A stretch of DNA of 32,000 nt from Methylorubrum extorquens (GTDB lineage: Bacteria > Pseudomonadota > Alphaproteobacteria > Rhizobiales > Beijerinckiaceae), in NCBI GenBank assembly GCA_900234795.1, contig LT962688.1, positions 390,001 to 422,000 of the forward strand, given 5' to 3'. A program made the translations under genes and the position numbers. Shown one piece after another: positions 18,895-26,495 of this stretch; within the stretch, counting starts at the first letter, position 1, and every line of letters begins with the position of its first letter. The notes beneath the pieces were generated by a model that was given only the letters and a program-made list of their open reading frames with translations, was not told where the DNA came from and ran no database searches.

Positions 18895-19791
18895 ATGCCG
18901 AGAAGCGACGAGCCGAAAGACACGTCGAGAGACGAGTCGAGCGACGACATGGACGATCTGTTCCCGCCCTTCGCGCCGGACCCGAACGATCGGCCGCGCC
19001 GGTTCCGGCCGGTGCCGTTCCGGATGATCGCGCCGAACATGATCACCCTGCTCGCGCTCTGCCTCGGGCTGACCGCGATCCGGCTGGCCTTCGAGGGCCG
19101 GTTCGAGCCGGCGGTGATCGCGGTGATCGTCGCCGCCGTCCTCGACGGGATCGACGGCCGCGTGGCGCGCCTGCTCAAGGGCACGTCGCGCTTCGGCGCC
19201 GAACTCGACTCGCTCTCCGACTTCGTCAATTTCGGCTGTGCCCCGGCGCTGATCCTCTACAGCTTTACCCTGCACAACCTGAAATCCGTCGGCTGGATCG
19301 TCGCCCTGGTCTTCGCCATCGCCATGTGCCTGCGGCTCGCGCGCTTCAATGCGATGCTCGACGATCCCAACCGCCCGGAATGGAAGAAGGACTACTTCGT
19401 CGGGATGCCGGCGCCGGCCGGCGCCATCACCGGCATGCTACCGCTCTACCTGCACTTCCTCGGCCTCGACTTCAGTGCCTGGGGCCGGCCGGTCATCCTC
19501 GTCTATGTGCTCGCCATCGCGCTCCTCGTCGTCTCCACTGTGCCGACCTTCTCGGGTAAGACCTGGGGCAAGCGCGTGCCGCGCGACCTCGTGGTGCCGA
19601 TCTTCCTCGTCGTGGTGGTCGGCTTCGGCCTCGTGATCAGCTTCCCGTTCGAGGCGATGGCGGCGGTGAGCCTGGCCTATCTCGCGGGCCTTCCCTTCGG
19701 CGCCGCGCAGTACCGCAAGCGCCTGAAGCAGGAGGCGGCGCGCATGACTGCCGCCTCGACGGCGGAGCATCCGGCGTCGCCGGGGGCGTAA
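18895..19791 (+). CDS. pssA: CDP-diacylglycerol--serine O-phosphatidyltransferase
   Basis: The CDP-alcohol phosphatidyltransferase motif is DGIDGRVARLLKGTSRFGAELDSLSD. It is a multi-TM protein. The first ATG is at 18895; the ORF track starts at a TTG at 18880. The start is uncertain by a few codons. Confidence 0.88.
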   Translation: MPRSDEPKDTSRDESSDDMDDLFPPFAPDPNDRPRRFRPVPFRMIAPNMITLLALCLGLTAIRLAFEGRFEPAVIAVIVAAVLDGIDGRVARLLKGTSRFGAELDSLSDFVNFGCAPALILYSFTLHNLKSVGWIVALVFAIAMCLRLARFNAMLDDPNRPEWKKDYFVGMPAPAGAITGMLPLYLHFLGLDFSAWGRPVILVYVLAIALLVVSTVPTFSGKTWGKRVPRDLVVPIFLVVVVGFGLVISFPFEAMAAVSLAYLAGLPFGAAQYRKRLKQEAARMTAASTAEHPASPGA

Positions 19792-19892
19792 CGCTCCGCC
19801 CCGGCGACGATCCCTCCGCTGACCGGGATCTGGCCCCACGCCCCGTCCGGCCTCGTCCCGTCACCCATATTGGGGCGAGTGAGGAAACAGCC

Positions 19893-20945
19893 GTGACAGG
19901 TGAGACGGATTTCGTCCGGCAGATCGGGATCGTGCATCCGATCATCCAAGCTCCCATGGTCGGCCCGAAGGCGCCGCTCGCCGCTGCCGTTAGCGGGGCG
20001 GGCGGGCTCGGCTCCCTTGCCTGCGCCGCGCTCACGCCCGATCAGATCCGTGCCGAGGTGGCCGCGATCCGGGCTGTGACGGAGGCGCCGTTCAACCTGA
20101 ACTTTTTCTGCCACGAGCCGCCCGCACCCGACCCGTCGCGCGAGGCCGCGTGGCGGGCCGCCCTCGCACCCTACTACGCGGCGTTCGGGCTCGACTCGGC
20201 GGCGCCCGTGACGATGGCGAACCGCGCGCCCTTCGACGCCGCGATGGCCGAGGTGGTGGAAGAGCTGCGCCCGGCCGTCGTCAGCTTTCATTTCGGCCTG
20301 CCGGCGGAGCCGCTGCTGCGGCGGGTGCGGGACGCCGGCTGCCTGATCTGGTCCTCGGCCACCACCGTGCGCGAGGCACGCTGGCTCGCCGAACGCGGCG
20401 TCGATGCAGTGATCGCGCAAGGGGCAGAGGCCGGCGGCCACCGCGGTATGTTCCTCACCGACGCGACCGCCTCGCAGGTCGGCACCGTCGCCCTCGTGCC
20501 GCAGATCGCCGACGCCGTGGGTGTCTCGGTGATCGCGGCGGGCGGGATCGCCGATCCCCGCGGCGTCGCGGCGGCCTTCGCGCTGGGCGCCAGCGCCGTG
20601 CAGGTCGGCACCGCCTATCTACGCTGCCCCGAGGCCGGCATTTCCGCGCCCTATCGTGCGGCGCTGGCGGCGGCCCGCGACGAGGACACGGCGCTCACCA
20701 ACTTGCTGACCGGGCGCCCGGCCCGCGGCCTGCTCACCCGTGCCGTGCGCGAGCTCGGACCCGTCAGCTCGCTCGCTCCGGCCTTTCCCGGCGCGGCGGT
20801 GGCGCTCCAGCCCCTGCGCACGGCCGCGGAGGCGGCGGGCTCAGGCGACTTCTCGCCGCTCTGGTCCGGGCAGGCGGTCAGCCTCTCGCAGGAGCGGCCG
20901 GCGGCGGAACTGACCCGCCTGCTGGCGAGCGGCGTGCCGAGCTAG
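19893..20945 (+). CDS. nitronate monooxygenase (NMO / 2-nitropropane dioxygenase family, FMN-dependent)
   Basis: GTG start with GAGGAA 7 nt upstream. HPIIQAPMVG, IAQGAEAGGHRG and VIAAGGIADPRG are the family's FMN-binding blocks. Confidence 0.85.
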   Translation: MTGETDFVRQIGIVHPIIQAPMVGPKAPLAAAVSGAGGLGSLACAALTPDQIRAEVAAIRAVTEAPFNLNFFCHEPPAPDPSREAAWRAALAPYYAAFGLDSAAPVTMANRAPFDAAMAEVVEELRPAVVSFHFGLPAEPLLRRVRDAGCLIWSSATTVREARWLAERGVDAVIAQGAEAGGHRGMFLTDATASQVGTVALVPQIADAVGVSVIAAGGIADPRGVAAAFALGASAVQVGTAYLRCPEAGISAPYRAALAAARDEDTALTNLLTGRPARGLLTRAVRELGPVSSLAPAFPGAAVALQPLRTAAEAAGSGDFSPLWSGQAVSLSQERPAAELTRLLASGVPS

Positions 20946-20946
20946 A

Positions 20947-21010
20947 GCGCATTCCGACGAAGTGGCCACCGGTTCGTCGAAAGAATGCGCGTCACAACAA
21001 AGACTTGGAG
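20947..21010 (+). repeat. Intergenic repeat element, copy A: long bulged hairpin (GCGCATTC-CGACGAA ... TTCGTCG-aaa-GAATGCGC) plus conserved spacer
   Basis: Arms 20947-20961 and 20973-20990 pair (15 bp with a 3-nt bulge). The core AAGTGG-N-CCGG-TTCGTCG-AAAG-AATGC...CAACAAAGACTTGGA aligns with 29239-29290 in this same window. Confidence 0.5.
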
Positions 21011-21018
21011 CCGCAACG

Positions 21019-21049
21019 AAAAAGGGCCGCCCCGAGGGACGGCCCTTTC
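21019..21049 (-). terminator. Intrinsic terminator downstream of rpsD (possibly bidirectional, also 3' of the NMO gene)
   Basis: The stem AGGGCCG / CGGCCCT spans 21023-21046. It is flanked by A5 on the plus strand (U5 on the minus-strand transcript) and TTT on the other side. It lies 25 nt beyond the rpsD stop. Confidence 0.65.
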
Positions 21050-21073
21050 ACATTCCGAGACGATCTCGAATAA

Positions 21074-21691
21074 TTAGCGCGAGTAGAACTCGATGACGAG
21101 GTTCGGTTCCATCTGCACCGGGTAGGGCACCTCGGTGAGGCCCGGGATCCGGGTGACGCGGGCGGTCATCTTGTGATGATCGACCTCGATGTAGTCCGGC
21201 ACGTCGCGCTCGGCGAGCTGCGAAGCCACGACCACGATCTCGAGCTGGCGGGAGGCTTCCTTCACCTCGATCACGTCGCCGGCCTTGACCTGGTAGCTCG
21301 GGATGTTGACCCGGCGGCCGTTGACCTTGATGTGCCCGTGGTTGACGAACTGGCGCGCCGCGAACGGGGTCGCCACGAACTTCGAACGGTACACCACGGC
21401 GTCGAGGCGGCGCTCAAGCAGACCGATCAGGTTCTCGCCGGAGTCACCGCGCAGGCGGATCGCCTCGGCGTAGTAGCGGCGGAACTGCTTCTCGGTGATG
21501 TTGCCGTAGTAGCCCTTGAGCTTCTGCTTGGCGCGCAGCTGCGTGCCGAAGTCGCTCATCTTGCCCTTGCGGCGCTGGCCGTGCTGACCGGGGCCGTATT
21601 CGCGGCGGTTCACGGGGCTTTTCGGGCGGCCCCAGATGTTCTGGCCCATGCGGCGATCGAGCTTGTGCTTCGCCTGGACGCGTTTTGACAT
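21074..21691 (-). CDS. rpsD: 30S ribosomal protein S4
   Basis: Start is at [49 protein letters not shown] (ATG complement 21689-21691). 205 aa, with an S4 RNA-binding domain ([45 protein letters not shown]). Confidence 0.95.
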
Positions 21692-21695
21692 CGCT

Positions 21696-21723
21696 GTTCC
21701 TCTGGAACAAAATTTTGAGGAAC
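21696..21723 (-). promoter_or_regulatory. rpsD 5' leader hairpin that sequesters the Shine-Dalgarno sequence
   Basis: The minus-strand RNA reads GUUCCUC-AAAAUUUUGUUCCA-GAGGAAC-AGCG-AUG. The GAGGAA SD (21697-21702) pairs with GUUCCUC (21717-21723). A second GUUCC copy inside the loop can form an alternative 5-bp hairpin with the SD. Confidence 0.45.
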
Positions 21724-21876
21724 GCGCCCTCCTCTCCCTCTTCGCCGAAACGGTGAGGGCGACAGGGCGGCTGTTACCGCCCACGGGTGCGCATGAAATG
21801 CGATGGGGCCCCAAACCGGAGCCCCGTACACCAGCGGGTGCCTAGACGAGAACGCCGGCACGGTCAATGCCGCGCC

Positions 21877-21905
21877 CTGGAGGATCGCTCGAAGCGATCC
21901 TCCAG
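21877..21905. repeat. Perfect 13-bp-stem hairpin (CTGGAGGATCGCT cga AGCGATCCTCCAG) in the rpsD / MltB-like divergent intergenic region
   Basis: Read directly. It is the first of four GC-rich hairpins between 21877 and 22049. Confidence 0.6.
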
Positions 21906-22143
21906 AGCTTCCTCATTCGGCCTCAAACGCCGGCGGCCGCCTCCGCGGCCTCAGGCTTTCGCTCCGCTCGGTGCTTTCCGGGGCTCACGCCCCGAAAAGC
22001 CCGCTCCGCGCGGCGCTCTTCGCGCCGCGAAGCCGCTCAGGCGGCTTCGAGCGATGGCCCTGCCCCTATCCTCACCTTTCGTTAACCCTCATATCGCCTG
22101 AATCGCGCGAGAGAATCCCCGAACCCTGACGGAGCGCCGACCC

Positions 22144-23340
22144 ATGCCGACGCCAGCCACCCGCGCCAGCCTGATCGGGCTTGCCCTTGCTAGCGGCCTT
22201 TTCGCTGGCCCTGCGCGAGCCGATTTCCAATCCTGCCTTGCCGGCATCCAGGCGCAGGCCGCCGGGGCCGGCGTCTCGGCCCAGACCTTCCGCGCCGCGA
22301 CGGCCAACATCGCCTACGACGACAAGGTGATCGAGCTGTCCCAGGCGCAGCCGGAATTCAAGACGCCGATCTGGGATTACATGTCGGCGCTGGTCGACGA
22401 GGAGCGGGTCGAGGACGGGCGCGCGGCCATGCGCCAGCACGCCCAGGCCTTGGCGAACGCGGAGGCGCGCTACGGCGTCGATCGTCACACCATCGCCGCG
22501 GTGTGGGGCGTCGAGTCCAATTTCGGCAAGAACCTCGGCAAGATGCCGCTGGTGCAGTCGCTTGCCACGCTCGCCTGCTCGAGCAACCGCCGTCGCGACT
22601 TCTTCCGCACCGAACTGATCGCGACGCTGAAGATCATCGAGCGCGGCGACATCGAAGCCTCGCGGCTGACCGGCTCCTGGGCCGGCGCCTTCGGCCAGAC
22701 GCAGTTCATGCCGACCACCTACCAGCGTCTGGCCGTGGACGGCGACGGCGACGGGCGGCGCGACGTGGTCGATTCGGTGGCCGACGCGGTCGCCTCCACG
22801 GCCAACTTCCTGCGCGTCGCCAAATGGTCGAACGGCCAGCCCTGGGGCTACGAGGTGCGGCTGCCGCGCGGCTTTAACGTCGCTGCCGCGGGCCGCAAGA
22901 ACAAGCACGCCGTCGGGCACTGGGCCTCGCTCGGCGTCACCCGGGTCGATGGCAAGGCGCTGACGGGGGAAGGGCCTGCCGGCATCATCGCGCCCGCCGG
23001 CATCAACGGCCCGGCCTTCCTCGTGACGAAGAACTTCGACGCGATCTATTCCTACAACGCCGCCGAATCCTACGGGCTGGCCATCGCTGTCCTCTCGGAC
23101 CGCCTGCGGGGCCGCCCCGGCGTCCAGGCCGACTGGCCGACCGACGATCCGCCGCTCTCGCGTGCCGAGCGCCGCGACCTCCAGACCCGCCTGACCGCCC
23201 GCGGCTACGATGTCGGCGAGCCGGACGGCAAGGTCGGCTCCAAGACCCGCGAGGCAATCAAGGAGATCGAGCGCCAACTCGGCATGCCCGCCACCGGGCG
23301 GCCGGGCGGCAAGGTGCTGGAGGCGCTGCGGCGGGGGTAA
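22144..23340 (+). CDS. lytic murein transglycosylase (MltB family) with C-terminal PG_binding_1 domain
   Basis: GGAG lies upstream of the ATG, followed by a signal peptide. Catalytic-region blocks are AVWGVESNFG and GAFGQTQFMPTTY. The C-terminal LTARGYDVGEPDGKVGSKTREAIKEIERQLGMPATG is a peptidoglycan-binding repeat. Confidence 0.9.
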   Translation: MPTPATRASLIGLALASGLFAGPARADFQSCLAGIQAQAAGAGVSAQTFRAATANIAYDDKVIELSQAQPEFKTPIWDYMSALVDEERVEDGRAAMRQHAQALANAEARYGVDRHTIAAVWGVESNFGKNLGKMPLVQSLATLACSSNRRRDFFRTELIATLKIIERGDIEASRLTGSWAGAFGQTQFMPTTYQRLAVDGDGDGRRDVVDSVADAVASTANFLRVAKWSNGQPWGYEVRLPRGFNVAAAGRKNKHAVGHWASLGVTRVDGKALTGEGPAGIIAPAGINGPAFLVTKNFDAIYSYNAAESYGLAIAVLSDRLRGRPGVQADWPTDDPPLSRAERRDLQTRLTARGYDVGEPDGKVGSKTREAIKEIERQLGMPATGRPGGKVLEALRRG

Positions 23341-23371
23341 CGGCAACCCGGCGCGCCACTCTCGTCCGCGC

Positions 23372-23775
23372 TCAGAGCCCCGGAAAACGGGCTTTGACCT
23401 CGTTGACGAAGGCATCCGCCTGCTCGACGGCCCAACGGCCGTCGTCCGCCGCCAGCACGTCACCGAAATAGTCGGAGGAAAGCCGAAGCTTCTCGACCTG
23501 ATTCAGAGAGCGTCCGAAAGCCGGATCGATCCGGCCCGTTGCGACGAGACGCTGACCGAACGCCGCAATCAAACCGCGGTGCGTCTTGATGGTCGCCAGC
23601 GGGCCGACGTCTTCGGGAAGCATCATCAACGCGGCACGAGCCGCGTCGAACATCGCGTAATACGCGCGATTGCAGGCCCCTCGGGATCACCGTCATGGAG
23701 AAGCACCCGCGCGCTCGCCAAGGCTCGCTTAGCCTTCCGCATGAAGGACGTGGGACTGTCGGGCGTCTCGCTCAC
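23372..23775 (-). pseudogene. HEPN-domain protein (toxin-like partner of an MNT/HEPN pair), interrupted by a -1 frameshift
   Basis: The N-terminal part (V)SETPDSPTSFMRKAKRALASARVLLHDGDPEG is in one frame. The continuation ACNRAYYAMFDAARAALMML...IKTHRGLIAAF... is in another. The junction is GAGGGGCCTGC, a run of 4 G (plus-strand CCCC 23677-23680). One more G restores a 134-aa HEPN protein (404 nt + 1 = 405). The GTG start overlaps the MNT stop as GTGA. Confidence 0.7.
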
Positions 23776-24133
23776 ACGCGCACCCCGTCGCGCCAAATCG
23801 CATCGATGAGCGCCGGGTTGCTGAACGCGACTCGGCGTTCGAGTTCGTCCTCCCAAAGCGGAAGCGGATCAACGAGCACACCCGTTTCCATCAGAACGTC
23901 GAATGCGATTCCGGCCATCTCTCGCGACGCGGAACGTCGATCGCCAGAAGAGCCCGCGAGCACGACGGCCAAATCCGCATCGCTGTCCGCCTGATGGCTG
24001 GCGCGCGCGCGCGGCTCCCGAACAAGACGCCGCCCCGAACGGGATAGCGGCCTTCGAGCCGCTCAAGAAACACCTTGGCGACATCCAAGATCTTGCGATC
24101 GACCAATCCGCCAGTCGCGCTGATCGTCCTCAT
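23772..24133 (-). pseudogene. Minimal nucleotidyltransferase (MNT, NTP_transf_2-like antitoxin partner), interrupted by a frameshift in a (GC)n tract
   Basis: The N-terminal MRTISATGGLVDRKILDVAKVFLERLEGRYPVRGGVLFGSRARA carries the GSxxR NTase motif. The continuation SHQADSDADLAVVLAGSSGD...IAFDVLMETGVLVDPLPL carries the DxD motif and is in a different frame. The junction is the 13-nt alternating GC run at 24001-24013. Removing one GC unit gives LFGSRARASHQADSDADL with canonical spacing and a 119-aa product (362 - 2 = 360 nt). Confidence 0.7.
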
Positions 24134-24303
24134 CACAGTGGTTGTCCAGTGCTCGGTAGACTCGGGCAGCTCCAACTCATGTAACACGGCACAACGGCCA
24201 GAGGAGCCGCAGATTCTCCTCGCACGCTTTTCGGTCGGTCGCTCGGGTTTTGCCCCACTCCGTGAACGCGAGGCGATCGAACGGCACCTCCCGAACCTGG
24301 CCG

Positions 24304-24341
24304 AAAAACAAAAAAACCCGCCCCGATCATCTCGGGACGGG
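24304..24341 (-). terminator. Rho-independent terminator of rplS
   Basis: The minus strand reads CCCGUCCCGA-GAUGA-UCGGGGCGGG (10 bp including one G-U pair) followed by UUUUUUUGUUUUU. It lies about 45 nt after the rplS stop. Confidence 0.85.
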
Positions 24342-24385
24342 CGCATCGGCAGGAGCGGCCCCGTAGGGCCACTCTCGGATAGGAT

Positions 24386-24791
24386 TTACTCCGCGGCAGT
24401 CGCGGCGGCGGCCTTCTGGGCCTTGGCCTTATCGGAGCGGTCCGAACGCTCGACAATACGGGCCGACTTACCGCGGCGGTCGCGCAGGTAGTAGAGCTTG
24501 GCGCGACGGACCTTACCGCGGCGGACCACCTTGATCGAATCGATCATTGGGGAGTGCACGGGGGAAAACGCGCTCCACGCCCTCGCCGTAGGAGATCTTG
24601 CGGACGGTGAAGCTCTCGTTGAGGCCGCCGCCGTTCCGGGCGATGCAGACGCCCTCATAGGCCTGGACGCGGGTACGCTCGCCTTCCTTGACGCGAACGT
24701 TGACGATGACCGTGTCGCCCGGCTCGAAATCCGGAATGGTCTTGGCGAGGCGGGCAACTTCTTCCCGCTCAAGCTGCTCGATGATGTTCAT
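24386..24791 (-). CDS. rplS: 50S ribosomal protein L19, reading frame broken by a 1-nt insertion in a homopolymer (probable sequence error)
   Basis: [77 protein letters not shown] is in one frame (ORF 24513-24791). The expected continuation [35 protein letters not shown]... is in the next frame (ORF 24386-24772). The junction is GTTTTCCCCCGTGCAC, with 5 C (plus-strand G5 at 24559-24563) where 4 would keep the frame (406 - 1 = 405 nt, 134 aa). Confidence 0.9.
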
Positions 24792-24989
24792 TGAAAAAGC
24801 TCCGGCCGTTAGCGCCCGTCCGGTAAAGTCCGGGCGTCAGGATTTCGGCATCCTGTTGTGAGTTGGGCGGGGCTGTACAGGATGCCCGCCGGTTTGTCGA
24901 TGGGGTTAGCGCCCCGCTCCCGCGATCACCCGAGCGAGAGCGTCACGATACGATCATGCCTCCGGACGCCGACGATCCGTCAGAGGCGA

Positions 24990-26390
24990 TCAGTTCCGGA
25001 GGGAACCGGTGGTCGTGACCGCAGCCTGCGGCTTCGCCTTGGGAGCCTCGGACTTGTGGGTCTCGGGCTTGTGAGCCTCAGTGGCCTTTTCGTCCTTGCC
25101 GGGCTTCTTGCCCAGAACCTTGCTGAAGGCGCTCACATCGCCGTCCGCGTCGGCCACGGTGACACGGGCGGGCTTGGCCGAGCCGGGCTTGGCGTGAGCC
25201 GCCTTGCTGTCAGCCGCCTTGGCCGGCTCCTGCACGGCGACCACCGTCGTCGGCTTCACCTGCTCCTTGGTCTGCTCTTTACGGGCGGCGGCGGCCTTGG
25301 TCGGGCCGGGCGCGTCGGCGGGAGCGGCGGCGATCAGGACGGGCTTGCCCTTGGCATCGACCTCGAACTCGTTCGGCCCGAGCGCGAGGCTCTCCGGCCG
25401 GCTGACGTCACCGAGGTGATAGCGCCCGTACTCCTTGGCCGTGTAGGCGAGTTCCTTCTCCTTTTCCTTCTCGTTCTCGATCAGGGCTGCGAAGGTCGGC
25501 CCCTCCGGCTTCTGGGGGCGGAAGACCGGGTTCTGGCCGCCGTCGTCATAGACGACGCGGGTCGCAGGCGTACCCTTGGCGATCAGCTCGGCAACCTCGT
25601 GGCTGTCGCGGTCGCGCTTCTCGGCGACCAGCGGATCGACCCGCGGCGTGCAATTGCCCGCCGCCACGTCGGCCCCGCCGAACACGTACTTGGTGCCGCA
25701 GGCCGCGACCCGCGGCTCCTCCTTGAGGGTCTCGAAATAGTCCGAGCCTTCCTTGAGGTTCTTCCAGAACGGCGCGTTGGGGTCGTTGCGGAACTTGGCG
25801 ATGTTCGAGGCCGTCATCCGGAACGGGTAGGACTGGAACTGGAACGCGCGCTGGCCGCCGTTGAAGGCCTCGCGGGCGATGGCGTAGATCTCCGACATCG
25901 AGGCGTCGGTCATCGCGAAACAGCCCGACGACGAGCAGGTGCCGTGGACCATGATGTAGTTGCCGGTGCCGCCCTTGGCCCGGTCGATGGCGTTGGGGTA
26001 GCCGACATCGAAGGAGAGGTAGTAGCTGGAATTCGGGTTCATCTGACCCGGCGTGATCGCGTAGAACCCTTCCGGCGCCTGCCGGTCGCCCTGCTTCAGC
26101 TTGGGGCCGAGCTGGCCCGACCAGCGGCAGATCGGGAAGGTCTTCAGCAGCGCGTACTGGCCGTTGGCGCCGCGCTTCCACACCTCCATCTCCGCTTCCT
26201 TCTTGAAGGCGCGGATCAGGATCGGGTCGGATTGGCTCATGCCCTTGGTCTGCATGAGCGCGAGCGTCTGCGGGGGAATCGGCGTCAGGCTGCGGGTCGA
26301 AGCGCCGCCGAGCATGGCGCTGTCCTGGCAGGCACCGAGGGTCATCGCCAGAGCGACGGCAGCAGCCGCCACAAACGGACGCACAGCCAT
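24990..26390 (-). CDS. L,D-transpeptidase family lipoprotein (YafK-like catalytic domain) with Lys/Ala/Pro-rich C-terminal tail
   Basis: Signal and lipobox-like sequence: AAAVALAMTLGAC. The catalytic block is YIMVHGTCSSSGCFAM (H-G-x-x-S-x-G-C). The family block is APEGFYAITPGQMNPNSSYYLSFDVGYPN. Confidence 0.85.
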   Translation of the reverse strand: MAVRPFVAAAAVALAMTLGACQDSAMLGGASTRSLTPIPPQTLALMQTKGMSQSDPILIRAFKKEAEMEVWKRGANGQYALLKTFPICRWSGQLGPKLKQGDRQAPEGFYAITPGQMNPNSSYYLSFDVGYPNAIDRAKGGTGNYIMVHGTCSSSGCFAMTDASMSEIYAIAREAFNGGQRAFQFQSYPFRMTASNIAKFRNDPNAPFWKNLKEGSDYFETLKEEPRVAACGTKYVFGGADVAAGNCTPRVDPLVAEKRDRDSHEVAELIAKGTPATRVVYDDGGQNPVFRPQKPEGPTFAALIENEKEKEKELAYTAKEYGRYHLGDVSRPESLALGPNEFEVDAKGKPVLIAAAPADAPGPTKAAAARKEQTKEQVKPTTVVAVQEPAKAADSKAAHAKPGSAKPARVTVADADGDVSAFSKVLGKKPGKDEKATEAHKPETHKSEAPKAKPQAAVTTTGSLRN

Positions 26391-26476
26391 GGGGAACCCG
26401 TCCTTACGTGTCCTCGCCCGCAGGGCAATTCCTGCCCTTTTGCGGACGTCACTCCCCGAACCCTATAGGCTCGCTA

Positions 26477-26495
26477 AGCTTACCCCGAGCTTACC
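26477..26495. promoter_or_regulatory. Direct octamer repeat AGCTTACC-N3-AGCTTACC (11-bp period) upstream of the L,D-transpeptidase gene
   Basis: Read directly. It lies 87-105 nt upstream of the LDT start codon on the minus strand. The spacing is typical of winged-helix response-regulator sites. There is no evidence for any specific factor. Confidence 0.25.

Noticed and set aside
22072-23463. 463-aa minus-strand ORF, and the 24858-26468 plus-strand 536-aa ORF
   Set aside because: They are antisense shadows of the MltB-like and L,D-transpeptidase genes respectively, with no motifs and biased composition.
24513-24791. Treating the 92-aa ORF as a genuine short L19, or rplS as a programmed +1 frameshift gene
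   Set aside because: The missing C-terminal half is present intact in the adjacent frame. A homopolymer length error explains this most simply, especially with two further indels nearby. Recoding is kept only as a low-probability note.
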